Assembly: GCF_000092105.1 (NCBI RefSeq)
Contig: NC_014148.1
Location: forward strand, 1,290,001-1,322,000
Direction: 5' to 3'
Length of the DNA stretch: 32,000 nucleotides
Source of the DNA: Planctopirus limnophila DSM 3776
Lineage (GTDB): Bacteria > Planctomycetota > Planctomycetia > Planctomycetales > Planctomycetaceae
Below the pieces are notes generated by a model, which saw only the letters and a program-made list of their open reading frames with translations, was not told the origin of the DNA and did no database searches. This document shows positions 17,101-25,700 of this stretch, one piece after another. How positions within the stretch are numbered: position 1 is the stretch's first letter; every line of letters starts with the position of its first letter. The position numbers were made by a program, and so were the translations under genes.

Positions 17101-20100
17101 CAATACCGTCGAAGGTCGTTTTACCGAACAGGGAGGAACCAGCAGGCAACGATTTCACAACATTGCCGCTGGCATCGTACCATGTGTTGGACACCAGATT
17201 GTTGCCAATCGTTCCCGTCGCCGGATCGACGCCATATTGAATCGACTGATAGGTACGGCCCTGGTTGTCGAATTTGGTCTCACTCTGGGCGATGAGGTTC
17301 CCAAGGATCGTAGTGTCATACTGCTGCTGGAGCGTGACCTGATCGAGGTTGTCGTAGGTCTTTTTGGCGAAGTAATCGATCTCGCCATCTGTCGTCACCT
17401 GTCGATTGCGCCAGTCGTAGCCATAGCTGGTGACGCGTATGGTGGAAGCATCAACATGCTGTGTGACCTCGGTCAGATTGCCATCGCCACCATCGGTGCC
17501 GCCATCGTATTGATTCGAGATGATGACCACCATGTTGTTGTCGGGATCGACACCGCCTCCAGTCGGATCCTGTTCCGTCGCCCCATCGTCGTTGGTGCCG
17601 ATGTAGGTGGCCGAGACGAGGCCACGGGCGTCGAAGACCTGAAACGAAATGGTGCCACCAGGAGTAACGGTCCGATTCCGCCGCTTCATCGCGTCGTAAC
17701 CGTAGGTCGTCTGGTCATAGTTCGTGCCGCTGACGCCGGTCCCTGAAGTGGGAATTGTGTGGTAGATCCGTTGGAACGCCGCGAGGCAACAATCGGTGTA
17801 TTCGTAGGTTACCCAGCGGGTGTATGACAACTGCGGGAACCCTCCCAACGGGACTGTGCCACCGGAATTCGTGGCGGCGACGTATTCGGCGAGACTGCCC
17901 GTGGTGGTGGAGGCGGTTGCCTGGATTCGTTCCAGGACCTTGCCTCCAGCATCGTGGAGAACGATGACAACTGGGTTGATCAATTCATAGCTATCCGTGG
18001 CGGGATTCCACCAACCTCTGGCCTGATAAACAACATGATTGACGTCGTCATAAACAGCATAACTTGCTGTTCGAATGACTGTCGCCGTGCCTTCGATGTC
18101 AATAAAATGCACTGGGCTAAGGGCGAGAACTGTGCGACCTTGATCATCAACCGTTAAGTCGGTGACAAGGTTCAAACCGCCACCTGTCGGAGTCGTCCAA
18201 CCGGCGGGAGCTCCTGATACAATTGTGGTGTTGACATCCTGAATCTTTTGGACAACCGCCCCTGTGGCTAAGTCGTAGACTGTATGAGTGATGTAGCCTC
18301 GCTCGTCCATGCTCCAGGTCATGCGACCGCGATCATCAAAGTACTCCTGGTTTGCCGCGGCGACACCGCTTCCATTTTGATCGGTCGGAATCACTGGGAG
18401 AGTGGTTGAGCGTTGCTTCATTTGAGTCGTGCCGTCGTACCAGGTGTACGACATTGTCGATTCAATGAGTCCGGTTCCGTCGTCATTGCGGAAGCGGGTC
18501 ATTTTCGAGACGGGATAGACCGTGGCTCCACCGGCAGTGCGCGAGGTGTATTCATAGGACAGCTGGGGAACTGGATCTCCCGCAGTACCCTGCTGAAGTG
18601 CCTTACCAGAGACAAACCCTGCCGCCGCACCGCTTCCTGTGGTGGTGTAGTAGCTGGTGGTCGAAATGAGGCCTTCGTCGGTTTTGAGTTCAATGTCGAG
18701 GTCAGCCGCTGTATCGTCGTAAGCGAGCACGGCTGAGGGGGATGCCTCCCATAGCACTCGATGATCGGTATCGTAATGATAGGCCGTGATCCAATGGTCG
18801 GATCCATCCGAGAAGTCTCGAATCAGTGGTTGTCCGATTGTATTGCTGTAGACTATTAACTCCGTACCGTCAGGATAAGTTTCGACAGTACGAGTCGCCC
18901 ATGCATTGGAGGCTCCATTCGAGATGCGGTTGGTGTAAGCGAATTCAAAAGTACGCGAACCTCCGTTAACGCGTTCCAAGGTCACACGCTTTTGCTCATC
19001 GTATTCAAAGTAATTGTCAGCGTAAGTTGCCAGGATGCTGTTGCTCGTTGTTAATGGATCAACACTGTTGTTGACCATCCTCTGGAAAGTGTCTGGTTCG
19101 ATCACATACTTGAGTGCATGAGCGAACCCATGGATATCTCCCGCCTTGTAGTAGCGGTAGTACATCGATTGAGTAAGCTCCCAGCCAGTACTGGTCGGTT
19201 CCTCCAATTCGACGAGTTCCAGATCACTCAGGCTACCGTTCGCTGTCGTACCATCGTAATAACCATACGTTGCCCGACGAACATCTTCCCAACCACCAGA
19301 GCCAAGTTCGCGGCGAAGCGTAGCGCTTGTCAAATTTCCTGATGTGGCATCGTAGGTGTAAACGAATGCTTCAGTCAGCACTTCCGCACCCACCATTCCA
19401 GTGCGGCGGATTTCGGCAATTTTGCCTGTCGGCGTGTAAGACAGCACTTCTGTAATGGCGCCTCCGGCTTCAACCATTCGAGCGAATGCACCGGAAGGTG
19501 ATGTGGTCTGGATGAAGTCATGAAACTCGAACTGAACACCATCTGCATAAGTGAGACGCAAAACGTGAGCAGAGGTGTCATGCTCCAGTCGAGAATTGCT
19601 GCCAAACATGGGTACGAATTGCGGAGTCGCTTTGTTGAACCAAAGTGAACTGGTTGAGGAGCGGATAACGACAACTTCTTCGACACCATCAACAATGTGT
19701 GGCCAGTTGAATACCAGCCAACCGAACCCCTGACCCACATTCGTCGGAGTGGTGAGTTGGTTGGTGTAACTGCGCTGATGCATCCAATTCGCACCGAATC
19801 CGTTTGAACGAACGTCGATGGAGGAGATTCGTAAGGCTCCGTTGGAATACTGCACCGGATTCGATGACTCTGTCGTCGGGCAATTCTGGCACTCTTCCTG
19901 TGAGCAGTCGCTGGGGGGTGTGGGAGTGAGGGGAGGCCCGCCACTTCCTGACGAAGAACTTCCCGAACTACCACTGGAACCACTGCTTCCCGAGGACCCG
20001 CTGCCGCTTGAATGGCTCGACTCCGACGAACCGCTCTCCGAAGAGGGAGAGGGGGTGCTGGAATGTGACGAGCTGGGCGAGTGGGAACTTGAGGGTGACG

Positions 20101-20455
20101 GACTCGAAGAATGGCTGGAAAGGGATTCGCTGGAGCTGGGGCTCGCACTGCTTTGCGAAGAGAGGCTCTCTGACGACGGGCTGGCCGAGGACTGGCTCAA
20201 CGAGGACGACGGCGTAGGTGAGTGGCTACTTTCAGAAGACAGACTTTCCGAGGAAAGGCTCTCCGACGATTCACTCGATGGAGGGATGGGGGTGGTGGAT
20301 GACGATGACGACGATGAAGACGAGTGACTACTTTCCGAGGACAGACTTTCGGAAGACAAACTCTCCGACGAAAGGCTCTCCGAGGACTCACTCGATGGAG
20401 GGACGTCCGAGTGGCTGGATTCGGAAGGGTAGTAGCTGCTGCTTTCGCCGGGCAT
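14135..20455 (-). CDS. RHS/YD-repeat polymorphic toxin (2106 aa) with Ser-rich N-terminus and unassigned Cys-rich C-terminal domain
   Basis: Many YD repeats are present (YGYDWRNRQVTT, FAYDDAGREISRI, YDFDLLGRQTQD, YGYDRASNRIWRE). The RHS-associated core ends in YSIRTRIMLPQMGLWAQRDTAKYIDGNNMYSYNGPINTTDPYGL, with DPYGL at 14711-14725. The ATG has an SD-like GGAG 8 nt upstream, and an in-frame TGA lies 6 nt upstream, so no N-terminal extension is possible. Confidence 0.95.
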   Translation of the reverse strand: MPGESSSYYPSESSHSDVPPSSESSESLSSESLSSESLSSESSHSSSSSSSSSTTPIPPSSESSESLSSESLSSESSHSPTPSSSLSQSSASPSSESLSSQSSASPSSSESLSSHSSSPSPSSSHSPSSSHSSTPSPSSESGSSESSHSSGSGSSGSSGSSGSSGSSSSGSGGPPLTPTPPSDCSQEECQNCPTTESSNPVQYSNGALRISSIDVRSNGFGANWMHQRSYTNQLTTPTNVGQGFGWLVFNWPHIVDGVEEVVVIRSSTSSLWFNKATPQFVPMFGSNSRLEHDTSAHVLRLTYADGVQFEFHDFIQTTSPSGAFARMVEAGGAITEVLSYTPTGKIAEIRRTGMVGAEVLTEAFVYTYDATSGNLTSATLRRELGSGGWEDVRRATYGYYDGTTANGSLSDLELVELEEPTSTGWELTQSMYYRYYKAGDIHGFAHALKYVIEPDTFQRMVNNSVDPLTTSNSILATYADNYFEYDEQKRVTLERVNGGSRTFEFAYTNRISNGASNAWATRTVETYPDGTELIVYSNTIGQPLIRDFSDGSDHWITAYHYDTDHRVLWEASPSAVLAYDDTAADLDIELKTDEGLISTTSYYTTTGSGAAAGFVSGKALQQGTAGDPVPQLSYEYTSRTAGGATVYPVSKMTRFRNDDGTGLIESTMSYTWYDGTTQMKQRSTTLPVIPTDQNGSGVAAANQEYFDDRGRMTWSMDERGYITHTVYDLATGAVVQKIQDVNTTIVSGAPAGWTTPTGGGLNLVTDLTVDDQGRTVLALSPVHFIDIEGTATVIRTASYAVYDDVNHVVYQARGWWNPATDSYELINPVVIVLHDAGGKVLERIQATASTTTGSLAEYVAATNSGGTVPLGGFPQLSYTRWVTYEYTDCCLAAFQRIYHTIPTSGTGVSGTNYDQTTYGYDAMKRRNRTVTPGGTISFQVFDARGLVSATYIGTNDDGATEQDPTGGGVDPDNNMVVIISNQYDGGTDGGDGNLTEVTQHVDASTIRVTSYGYDWRNRQVTTDGEIDYFAKKTYDNLDQVTLQQQYDTTILGNLIAQSETKFDNQGRTYQSIQYGVDPATGTIGNNLVSNTWYDASGNVVKSLPAGSSLFGKTTFDGIGRAIANYSGYGTDATYADIFDVINNTVLEQTETTYDSTSNVISITAKQRYHDAVATQTGVLGDPQTSPKARVTHTAAWADGIGRTQASANYGTNGGSSFTRPDTVPVRSDTVLVSSQVYDEAGNLFETADPAELVTRFAYDDAGREISRIQNPTSSSVFVGPVTDCDPSVDEDVTVLTTYTPDGQVATLTAVNATTGNQVTTYAYGSTLDDSDIAASFLKVAEIYPDSTGGSDQVEFTYNRQQQVTQLTDQGGTVHQYDFDLLGRQTQDRVTAFGTDVDDTVQRIETAFDERGLVIRITSWDNATVGSGTALNEVQTMYNDFGQAIQTFQAHDGEVELLSTPSVQMGYADGSDNTIRQTSLTYPNGRELTYSFGTSGSMPDQLSRVAAIIDDDSTHLVDYEYLGQRTFVISDSPEPGIQWTLVGSSDDPDTGDIYTGLDRFGRIKDNRWHKGGMDLDRIKYGYDRASNRIWRENPVATANSAEFDEIYCYDAIQRLKTMARGTLNVGHTALTSETFGQCWQLDATGNWQGFKETDNGSTWTLEQERTASEVNEITDITNSVGSAWAEPVYSSSGNMTTIPQGNNPTNKYSATYDAWNRLVTVEEEVESAMEVISLYQYDGRSYQIAATSSNGGDAPSVCNKYYSSRWQCIETTTAQAGPDIDVEYVWGLRNIDNCILRDRDVLTVGSQRLYALQDANWNVDAITNSLSIVTERYSFTPYGFPTALSSGFSPMAHTSPWDILASGYAMNLDIGYYSIRTRIMLPQMGLWAQRDTAKYIDGNNMYSYNGPINTTDPYGLTSKPANPFIFTPPLLPTPEQIKNFIDKLGKDIKNKSKELCEIECAAWAEWDATETPLDWSEKVQPCPCNQSSLETGKERVRWVESPTDVATHPGCKTCFRSLNTLPWLALVVPGQQCCFDDGGKLLTCGTGAGTVDYKHSIDNPIGHFLRDVYPYMVCEKAGMLDKYLERRPNNQGKDSDGNPCPQNPQKC
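14138..14710 (-). other. C-terminal (post-DPYGL) variable domain of RHS protein, 191 aa, 14 Cys, family unassigned
   Basis: The sequence after the DPxGL demarcation is TSKPANPFIF...CEIECAAW...QPCPCNQ...HPGCKTCFRS...GQQCCFDDGGKLLTCGTGAGTVDY...HFLRDVYPYMVCEK...NPCPQNPQKC. GC drops to about 35-48% in hand-counted lines, versus about 60% in the core. Confidence 0.7.
19931..20455 (-). repeat. Coding low-complexity / tandem repeat: Ser-rich N-terminal ~175 aa of the RHS protein
   Basis: The N-terminus reads MPGESSSYYPSESSHSDV, then PPSSESSESLSSESLSSESLSSESSHS (nt 20321-20401) and a second copy PPSSESSESLSSESLSSESSHS (nt 20219-20284). SQSSASPSSESLSS units, SHS/SPS units and (GSS)n follow. It ends at GGPPLTPTPPSDCSQEECQNC. 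Confidence 0.9.
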
Positions 20456-20537
20456 AAATCACTCCGTGGGTTGCACCGGCCCGTGGGGCGGCGACGTTGA
20501 GGGGTCTGGAGGCGGAGAGTCGTTTGGTTTCAGAGAG

Positions 20538-21527
20538 TCAGGCGACGCTGGCAACCATCGGTTGCAGCGATCCCCCTTCGTAGTAGCGTTCAATGGCGCG
20601 GATCACATCCTGCGGCGAGATCATGTGCATGCACTGTGCGATCTGAAGTTTTTCATTAACCTTTACTGGTCGGAGACACAGGCTTTGATCCTTTGAATCA
20701 CCGTCGCCGACAGGCTGACAGCGACTCTTCCAGCAACCGCCCTGATCACAGCAGGGAAGAGCACCGTTCGTGTGCAAAAACTGGTGGTGAGGATAGGCCT
20801 CCCAATGAGAAGGCTCTCGACCTCCTGCTATGACGACTGCCGCCCGATTCTTCGGGCGCCCTGGTTTCGTCTCAACCGCTGCAGCAAGATGCATGGCAAA
20901 GGTTACAGGGCAGACAACTCCATCTGCGTGGTACATTAACCTCACAAACTGGCGCACATCTGTTTTTCCAATAAGATTAATGACGCCTCTTAACGGCGGA
21001 TGCCAGTGGCCGGACTCACCGCATTGGACGAACTGAATTCGACCATGGAAGTGATCCACAACCTGCTGATAAAACTCAGGGTTCCACCATTTGGCAGTGA
21101 AGTCGAACTTGCCACCGGCCATCAAGATCCAGAAAGGCCCTCGATAACCAGTCTCTTCGACCTGGCTCATCCACGATTTTTCCAACGGGGAGAGGTGAAT
21201 ATCTCCTTTGAACACACTCAGTGGAATTTTCAGATCCAACTGTTGTTCCAAGAACTGAGCATAGCCGTGAATGAAATGATATGGGGCCGTATTGCTTGAG
21301 TTGATCAACGGGTAGTGCATATCAATGACACGCACGTCCGGATCCGCTTCATTAAATATCGAGACCCACGGATTGTGCTCCCACAGAGAGGAAGCGCTCG
21401 TGTCGACCGCCGTGAGGAATCGACCGGGATGCGCCCGATGCAGATCCCGAACCGCAGCAGTCATCATGACGATATCGCCGGGACTTAACCGACAGCGGAG
21501 CAGCAATCGTTGCGGCGAAGAAGGCAC
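20538..21527 (-). CDS. GT9-like (heptosyltransferase-fold) glycosyltransferase
   Basis: 329 aa. N-terminal RLSPGDIVMMTAAVRDLHRAHPG...LWEHNPWV resembles the GT9 N-terminal block. The C-terminal Cys-rich CCDQGGCWKSRC...LC...QCMHMISPQDVIRAI resembles the C..C...CM..I block of WaaC/WaaF-type enzymes. Its stop lies 82 nt upstream of the RHS start on the same strand. Confidence 0.7.
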   Translation of the reverse strand: MPSSPQRLLLRCRLSPGDIVMMTAAVRDLHRAHPGRFLTAVDTSASSLWEHNPWVSIFNEADPDVRVIDMHYPLINSSNTAPYHFIHGYAQFLEQQLDLKIPLSVFKGDIHLSPLEKSWMSQVEETGYRGPFWILMAGGKFDFTAKWWNPEFYQQVVDHFHGRIQFVQCGESGHWHPPLRGVINLIGKTDVRQFVRLMYHADGVVCPVTFAMHLAAAVETKPGRPKNRAAVVIAGGREPSHWEAYPHHQFLHTNGALPCCDQGGCWKSRCQPVGDGDSKDQSLCLRPVKVNEKLQIAQCMHMISPQDVIRAIERYYEGGSLQPMVASVA

Positions 21528-21610
21528 CCGTCGATCCTTCGAGGTGTCCGAAGCAGTGAATTTCTGTGAATTATTTTAGAACGGTAGTGACACATCTGGG
21601 AACAGTCAAT

Positions 21611-22597
21611 ATGAAATCCACCATGAATTCCCTTCGCCCTCGAAAGACACGACACATGGAATACTCGCGAGCCTTCGCAGTAATCTCGAATTCCTGCTAT
21701 TTTTCAGGGATTTTGGCCACTTTGGGAAGCATCTACGCCTACTACGGCCGCGACCTGCGAGTTTATGTCGTCGGGCATGGCCTCAGTGCCGCAGAGCGAC
21801 AAATCTTGCAATCTACTAATCTGGGAGCTTCACTTACACTAATTGATACCGAGGACTTTTCGCATCGACCGATCGGCTGCTGGGAAGCCAAGCAGCAATG
21901 CGCCAGCGAACTGGTGGGATCCGTCAAAACGATTTCGCTACTGGACGCCGATTTGATCCTGCTCTCCCGGATCGACGATGTCTTCGAGTTGGCCGAACGG
22001 GGTAAGATCGTGGCTCCGCTGGATTGCGGGTCGATCGGATTCAATACCGACTACGATATTTATTCACGTCGACTCGCAGGTTGTGTCCGACCCAACCTCA
22101 ATACGGGATTCGTGACGTTCCATACCCGAATGCATTGGGATCTCGTCGCCCTCTGGGCCTTTACCAGCCGGTTCGGTGCCTACTCGCCCGGCCGGGGAAT
22201 GCCCTTGAGCTTCCCCGGACATGGCGATCCGGGGATCTTCAACGCACTGCTCTGCCAGCTGCACAAGGACGACGCCGTGCATGTCCTGCCGGAGCGGACC
22301 TGGACGAATTCCGTGGGCTGGAACCGGGGGCATGGTCTGCGGATCGTGGCTCGTCACGGCCATCAGATCACCGCCGAACATCAGCCGGGAGGTCTTCGGC
22401 AGCGTGTCCTGCACAGCTCGGGTCCCAAATGGTGGACCCCGGAAGGACAACGGGCTTTCAGCTCCGCCGGTGACGTGTTGACCTGCTTCGAGGAGATGTC
22501 ACGCATCGCCCTCCCCAACTCCCCCGCCAGTGAGCGAAGCACGCCTCGCACGACGGAAGCACCCCCTTCCGAAGTCTCGCTGGCCGTCTCCACCTAG
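21611..22597 (+). CDS. GT8-like retaining glycosyltransferase (stand-alone paralogue)
   Basis: The DxD motif LLDADLIL, NTGFVTF, and HSSGPKWW (cf. GT8 H..G..KPW) are present. It is colinear with, and by eye at least half identical to, residues 1-285 of the next gene. By that homology the functional start may be the ATG at 21656 (MEYSRAF). The track start is a GTG at 21566. Confidence 0.8.
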   Translation: MKSTMNSLRPRKTRHMEYSRAFAVISNSCYFSGILATLGSIYAYYGRDLRVYVVGHGLSAAERQILQSTNLGASLTLIDTEDFSHRPIGCWEAKQQCASELVGSVKTISLLDADLILLSRIDDVFELAERGKIVAPLDCGSIGFNTDYDIYSRRLAGCVRPNLNTGFVTFHTRMHWDLVALWAFTSRFGAYSPGRGMPLSFPGHGDPGIFNALLCQLHKDDAVHVLPERTWTNSVGWNRGHGLRIVARHGHQITAEHQPGGLRQRVLHSSGPKWWTPEGQRAFSSAGDVLTCFEEMSRIALPNSPASERSTPRTTEAPPSEVSLAVST

Positions 22598-22723
22598 ACC
22601 CATGGCTCCCGCCGGAACGCCCCGAGGTTCCATGGTGTGACCAATTTGCTCTTCGACGACTACTGATTCACCTTTCCATCGCCAGCCCCACCACGAGCCC
22701 CAACAGCAGAGGAATCAAGCGTT

Positions 22724-25700
22724 ATGGAGTACGCCCGCGCGTTCGTCATCGTTTCCGACGATCGATACTTCCCCGGACTTCAAGCCGCACTGGGAAGTAT
22801 CCACGCCTACTACGGACAAGAGATCCGTGTCTTCGTCGTCGGTCATGGACTGACGGCACCGCAGGTGGAGTCACTGAAGAACCACCCGCTGGGATCCGCC
22901 ATTACCTTGCTCCGCACCCAGGACTTCGCCTCCCGGCCCAGCGGATGTTGGGAAGCCAAGCAGCTCTGCCTCAGCGAGCTGGTTGCGTCCGTGCGCACCG
23001 TCTGTCTGATGGACGCCGATCTGATCCTTCTCTCGCGGGTGGACGACATCTTCGAACTGGCGGAGCAGGGAAAAATCATCTCCTCGCGCGACGGAGAGGG
23101 GATGCAGTTCGGGCCCGAATACCAGGTTTACTCACCCGCTCTGGTGGGGCCGCGGCAGGACTACATCAACTCGGGATTTCTCATATTCGATCTTCGCCAG
23201 CACTGGGATCTCGTCGCCCTGTGGTCGTTCACGGCTCGCTTCGCCGGTTACTCCCCCGGCAAGGGTTGGCCCTTCGCATTTCCGGGACATGGGGATCAGG
23301 GGGTCTTCAACGCACTGCTGGCCCTCCAACAAAAGTCTGATTTTCTGCATGCTCTTCCGGAAAACACTTGGTGCAACTCTGCTGGATGGAAAGAGGGGCG
23401 AAAGGTCCGCGTTACACATCAGGAGGGGAACCGCTTGAGTGTGATTCATGAACCTGGCGGAGAACAGCAGCGAGTTCTGCACAGTTCTGGCCCTAAGTGG
23501 TGGACAGACGAAGGTCGCACTTTCTTCGCATCTGCTGGTGATGTCCTGCGATGTTTTGATGCTATGCGAAAGATCACCGAGCCAACGATGGGCTCAAACA
23601 AAAACCTTGGAATCAGTTCTCCCGAGGAGAGGTCAAAACCTGCGTTGAGTGTTTGTGTGGCGATCAAAAATCGCTCGAAAGTAAGTGTCGGGCTAGAAAG
23701 TCGGGAATTATTTCCCAACTGTATCCGCAGTCTGCTCAGTGCGTCGGCTGGCGGCTTGAAAATTGAACTCGTCGTGGTGGATTTTCAGTCGGACGATTGG
23801 CCACTCGAAGAGTGGTTCTCAAATTTGGTGGGTGACGTTGCTCATCAGTTAATCACTTTGCGGGAACCTTTTTCACGGGGGCGGGGACTCAATGTTGCAG
23901 CATCTGCTGCACGATCTGATCGATTGCTGTTTCTCGATGCCGACATGCTTGTTGACAATTCTGTGCTTGAAAGAGCCTACGAGGTCGTCAATTCTGGTCG
24001 AGTCTGGCTTCCCATCTGCGAATGTGTGAAGTCCGATGGAACCTTCGACAGTTGGGGTTTTTTGGGGAACGTGGCCTGTGATCGGGAAGTTTGGAATGCA
24101 GCAGGTCAGATTCCCGAGTTTTACAGTTGGGGCGGTGAAGACAATCTGTTTGCAGATCGCTTGCAATCCATCAAGCCGGGCATTCGCGAAGTCAGTCTCG
24201 GTTTCCGACATCAATGGCATCCCGAGTCGTTGCGACATGCTTACTACATTCGCCCTGCTCAGAGCGACTTCTTTCGAATAGATCAACAGGCTACAAGCCC
24301 AGTCCAGCAATTGTGGCGACTCTCAGCACATCACCCGGAATGGCAGGGAGAGATACAGTTCTTCACAACTGGACGAATGGGGCGTCCGGGAGGAATGTTT
24401 GGTAGTTTCCAGGCCTCTGCCGAACAACTGACCTTGCACTGGGATTCGGGACATTCTGATACATTTCGGTGGGATTCCACTGTCCAAAGATATGTGCATG
24501 ATCTGCTGGATTTTTGGTTGGAACCTTTCACTTCTCTGGAATCCATGGATATAGAACGTCTTTTGAACCGCCAAGTTGAAGCATTATCCCTAGAAGAAAC
24601 TCCTAAGTCGTTTAAGCACCTCACAATACCACTTCCGGATCTACTCTCGCGCCGCGATCTTTTGCCTCGAATTCTGGTCTTTAGTTCTGTTGGTGATCGG
24701 GGAATTGCTGTTAACTCGTGGCTGGGGATCTCTTCTGCACGACAGGATCGACCGTTTGATACAGCCATCGTCTATTATGGCAACTATCCGACCGGTGACT
24801 GGGCACAGGGACTCCGCGCACGCTCCTGCTATTTTGGGCGTCATCGTGGGGGTAAAATTCAAAATCTCTCTTGGCTAATAAAGCAGCATCCCACTTTGCT
24901 TGAAGATTATGACTACGTATTCGTTCTTGACGACGACTTACGCATTACGCCGGATATGATTGGGCGCGTGGTGCGAACGGCCCGGGAATTCGATCTCCCC
25001 ATCTGTTCACCTAGCCACGACTGGAGAGGAAGGATTTCCTGGCTCCACATGGGAGCCCGCGGAAGTGGTCGCCGGGCTGCTGAACCTCCTGCTGGAGTGG
25101 AGTTAACCAATTTCGTCGAAGTGACTTGCCCGCTCTTTGAGACAGATGCTCTTCGCGAATATCTGAATCACTTCCTCTGGTGCGGTTCTGAATTAACCGG
25201 TTGGGGTGATGATTGGTTGATGACGGCGGCCTGTTTCCAAGAGAGTCGTCCCTTTGGCGTGCTTCACAACATCACAATTTGTAATCCCAAAGATCGGCCA
25301 GGACCCAACCCCCAGCTTCGTGAAATTGATCAACTGCATGCGGTGGAAGAGAGGCTGACAGCCTGGAAGCGAGTCAAGCAACGATTGGGTGGCCGCCTTC
25401 CCGTCACAGAAGAAGTTCGCACGTGGCTACCTCGCCCACGCCTCCGCTGTGTCAATCTTCCACGAGCCACTGAGCGGAGAAAGAAGATCACTTGTGAATG
25501 GATCGATGGATTAGGATTCCCCATTAAGTTCTTTCCGGCATTTGATCGGCGGGAATTGGAAAAAGGCCGAAGTTTTTTCCAATACGAGGATTCAGCTGCC
25601 ATCAACAAGATCGGACGCCCACTTACAGCAGGAGAAATTGCTTGTGCAAGTTCACATGCTCTGGTAATACGTGAAGAAATGGAGTTCACGGGTCCTGAAG

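Noticed and set aside
15887-17746. 619-aa + strand ORF (plus other + ORFs at 14419-15865, 17755-18736, 19118-19342)
   Set aside because: These lie entirely antisense to the YD-repeat region of the 2106-aa RHS gene. Their composition is Arg/Gly/Val-rich with no motifs, typical of shadow ORFs in GC-rich coding DNA.
19818-20327. 169-aa + ORF ending in an acidic run (EERLSEDRLSEERLSDD...DDDDDDEDE)
   Set aside because: It is the reverse-complement reading of the Ser-rich repeat (TCN/AGY codons read as GAN/RCT). It is an artefact of low-complexity sequence, and the RHS frame has the SD, the upstream stop and 2106 aa of continuity.
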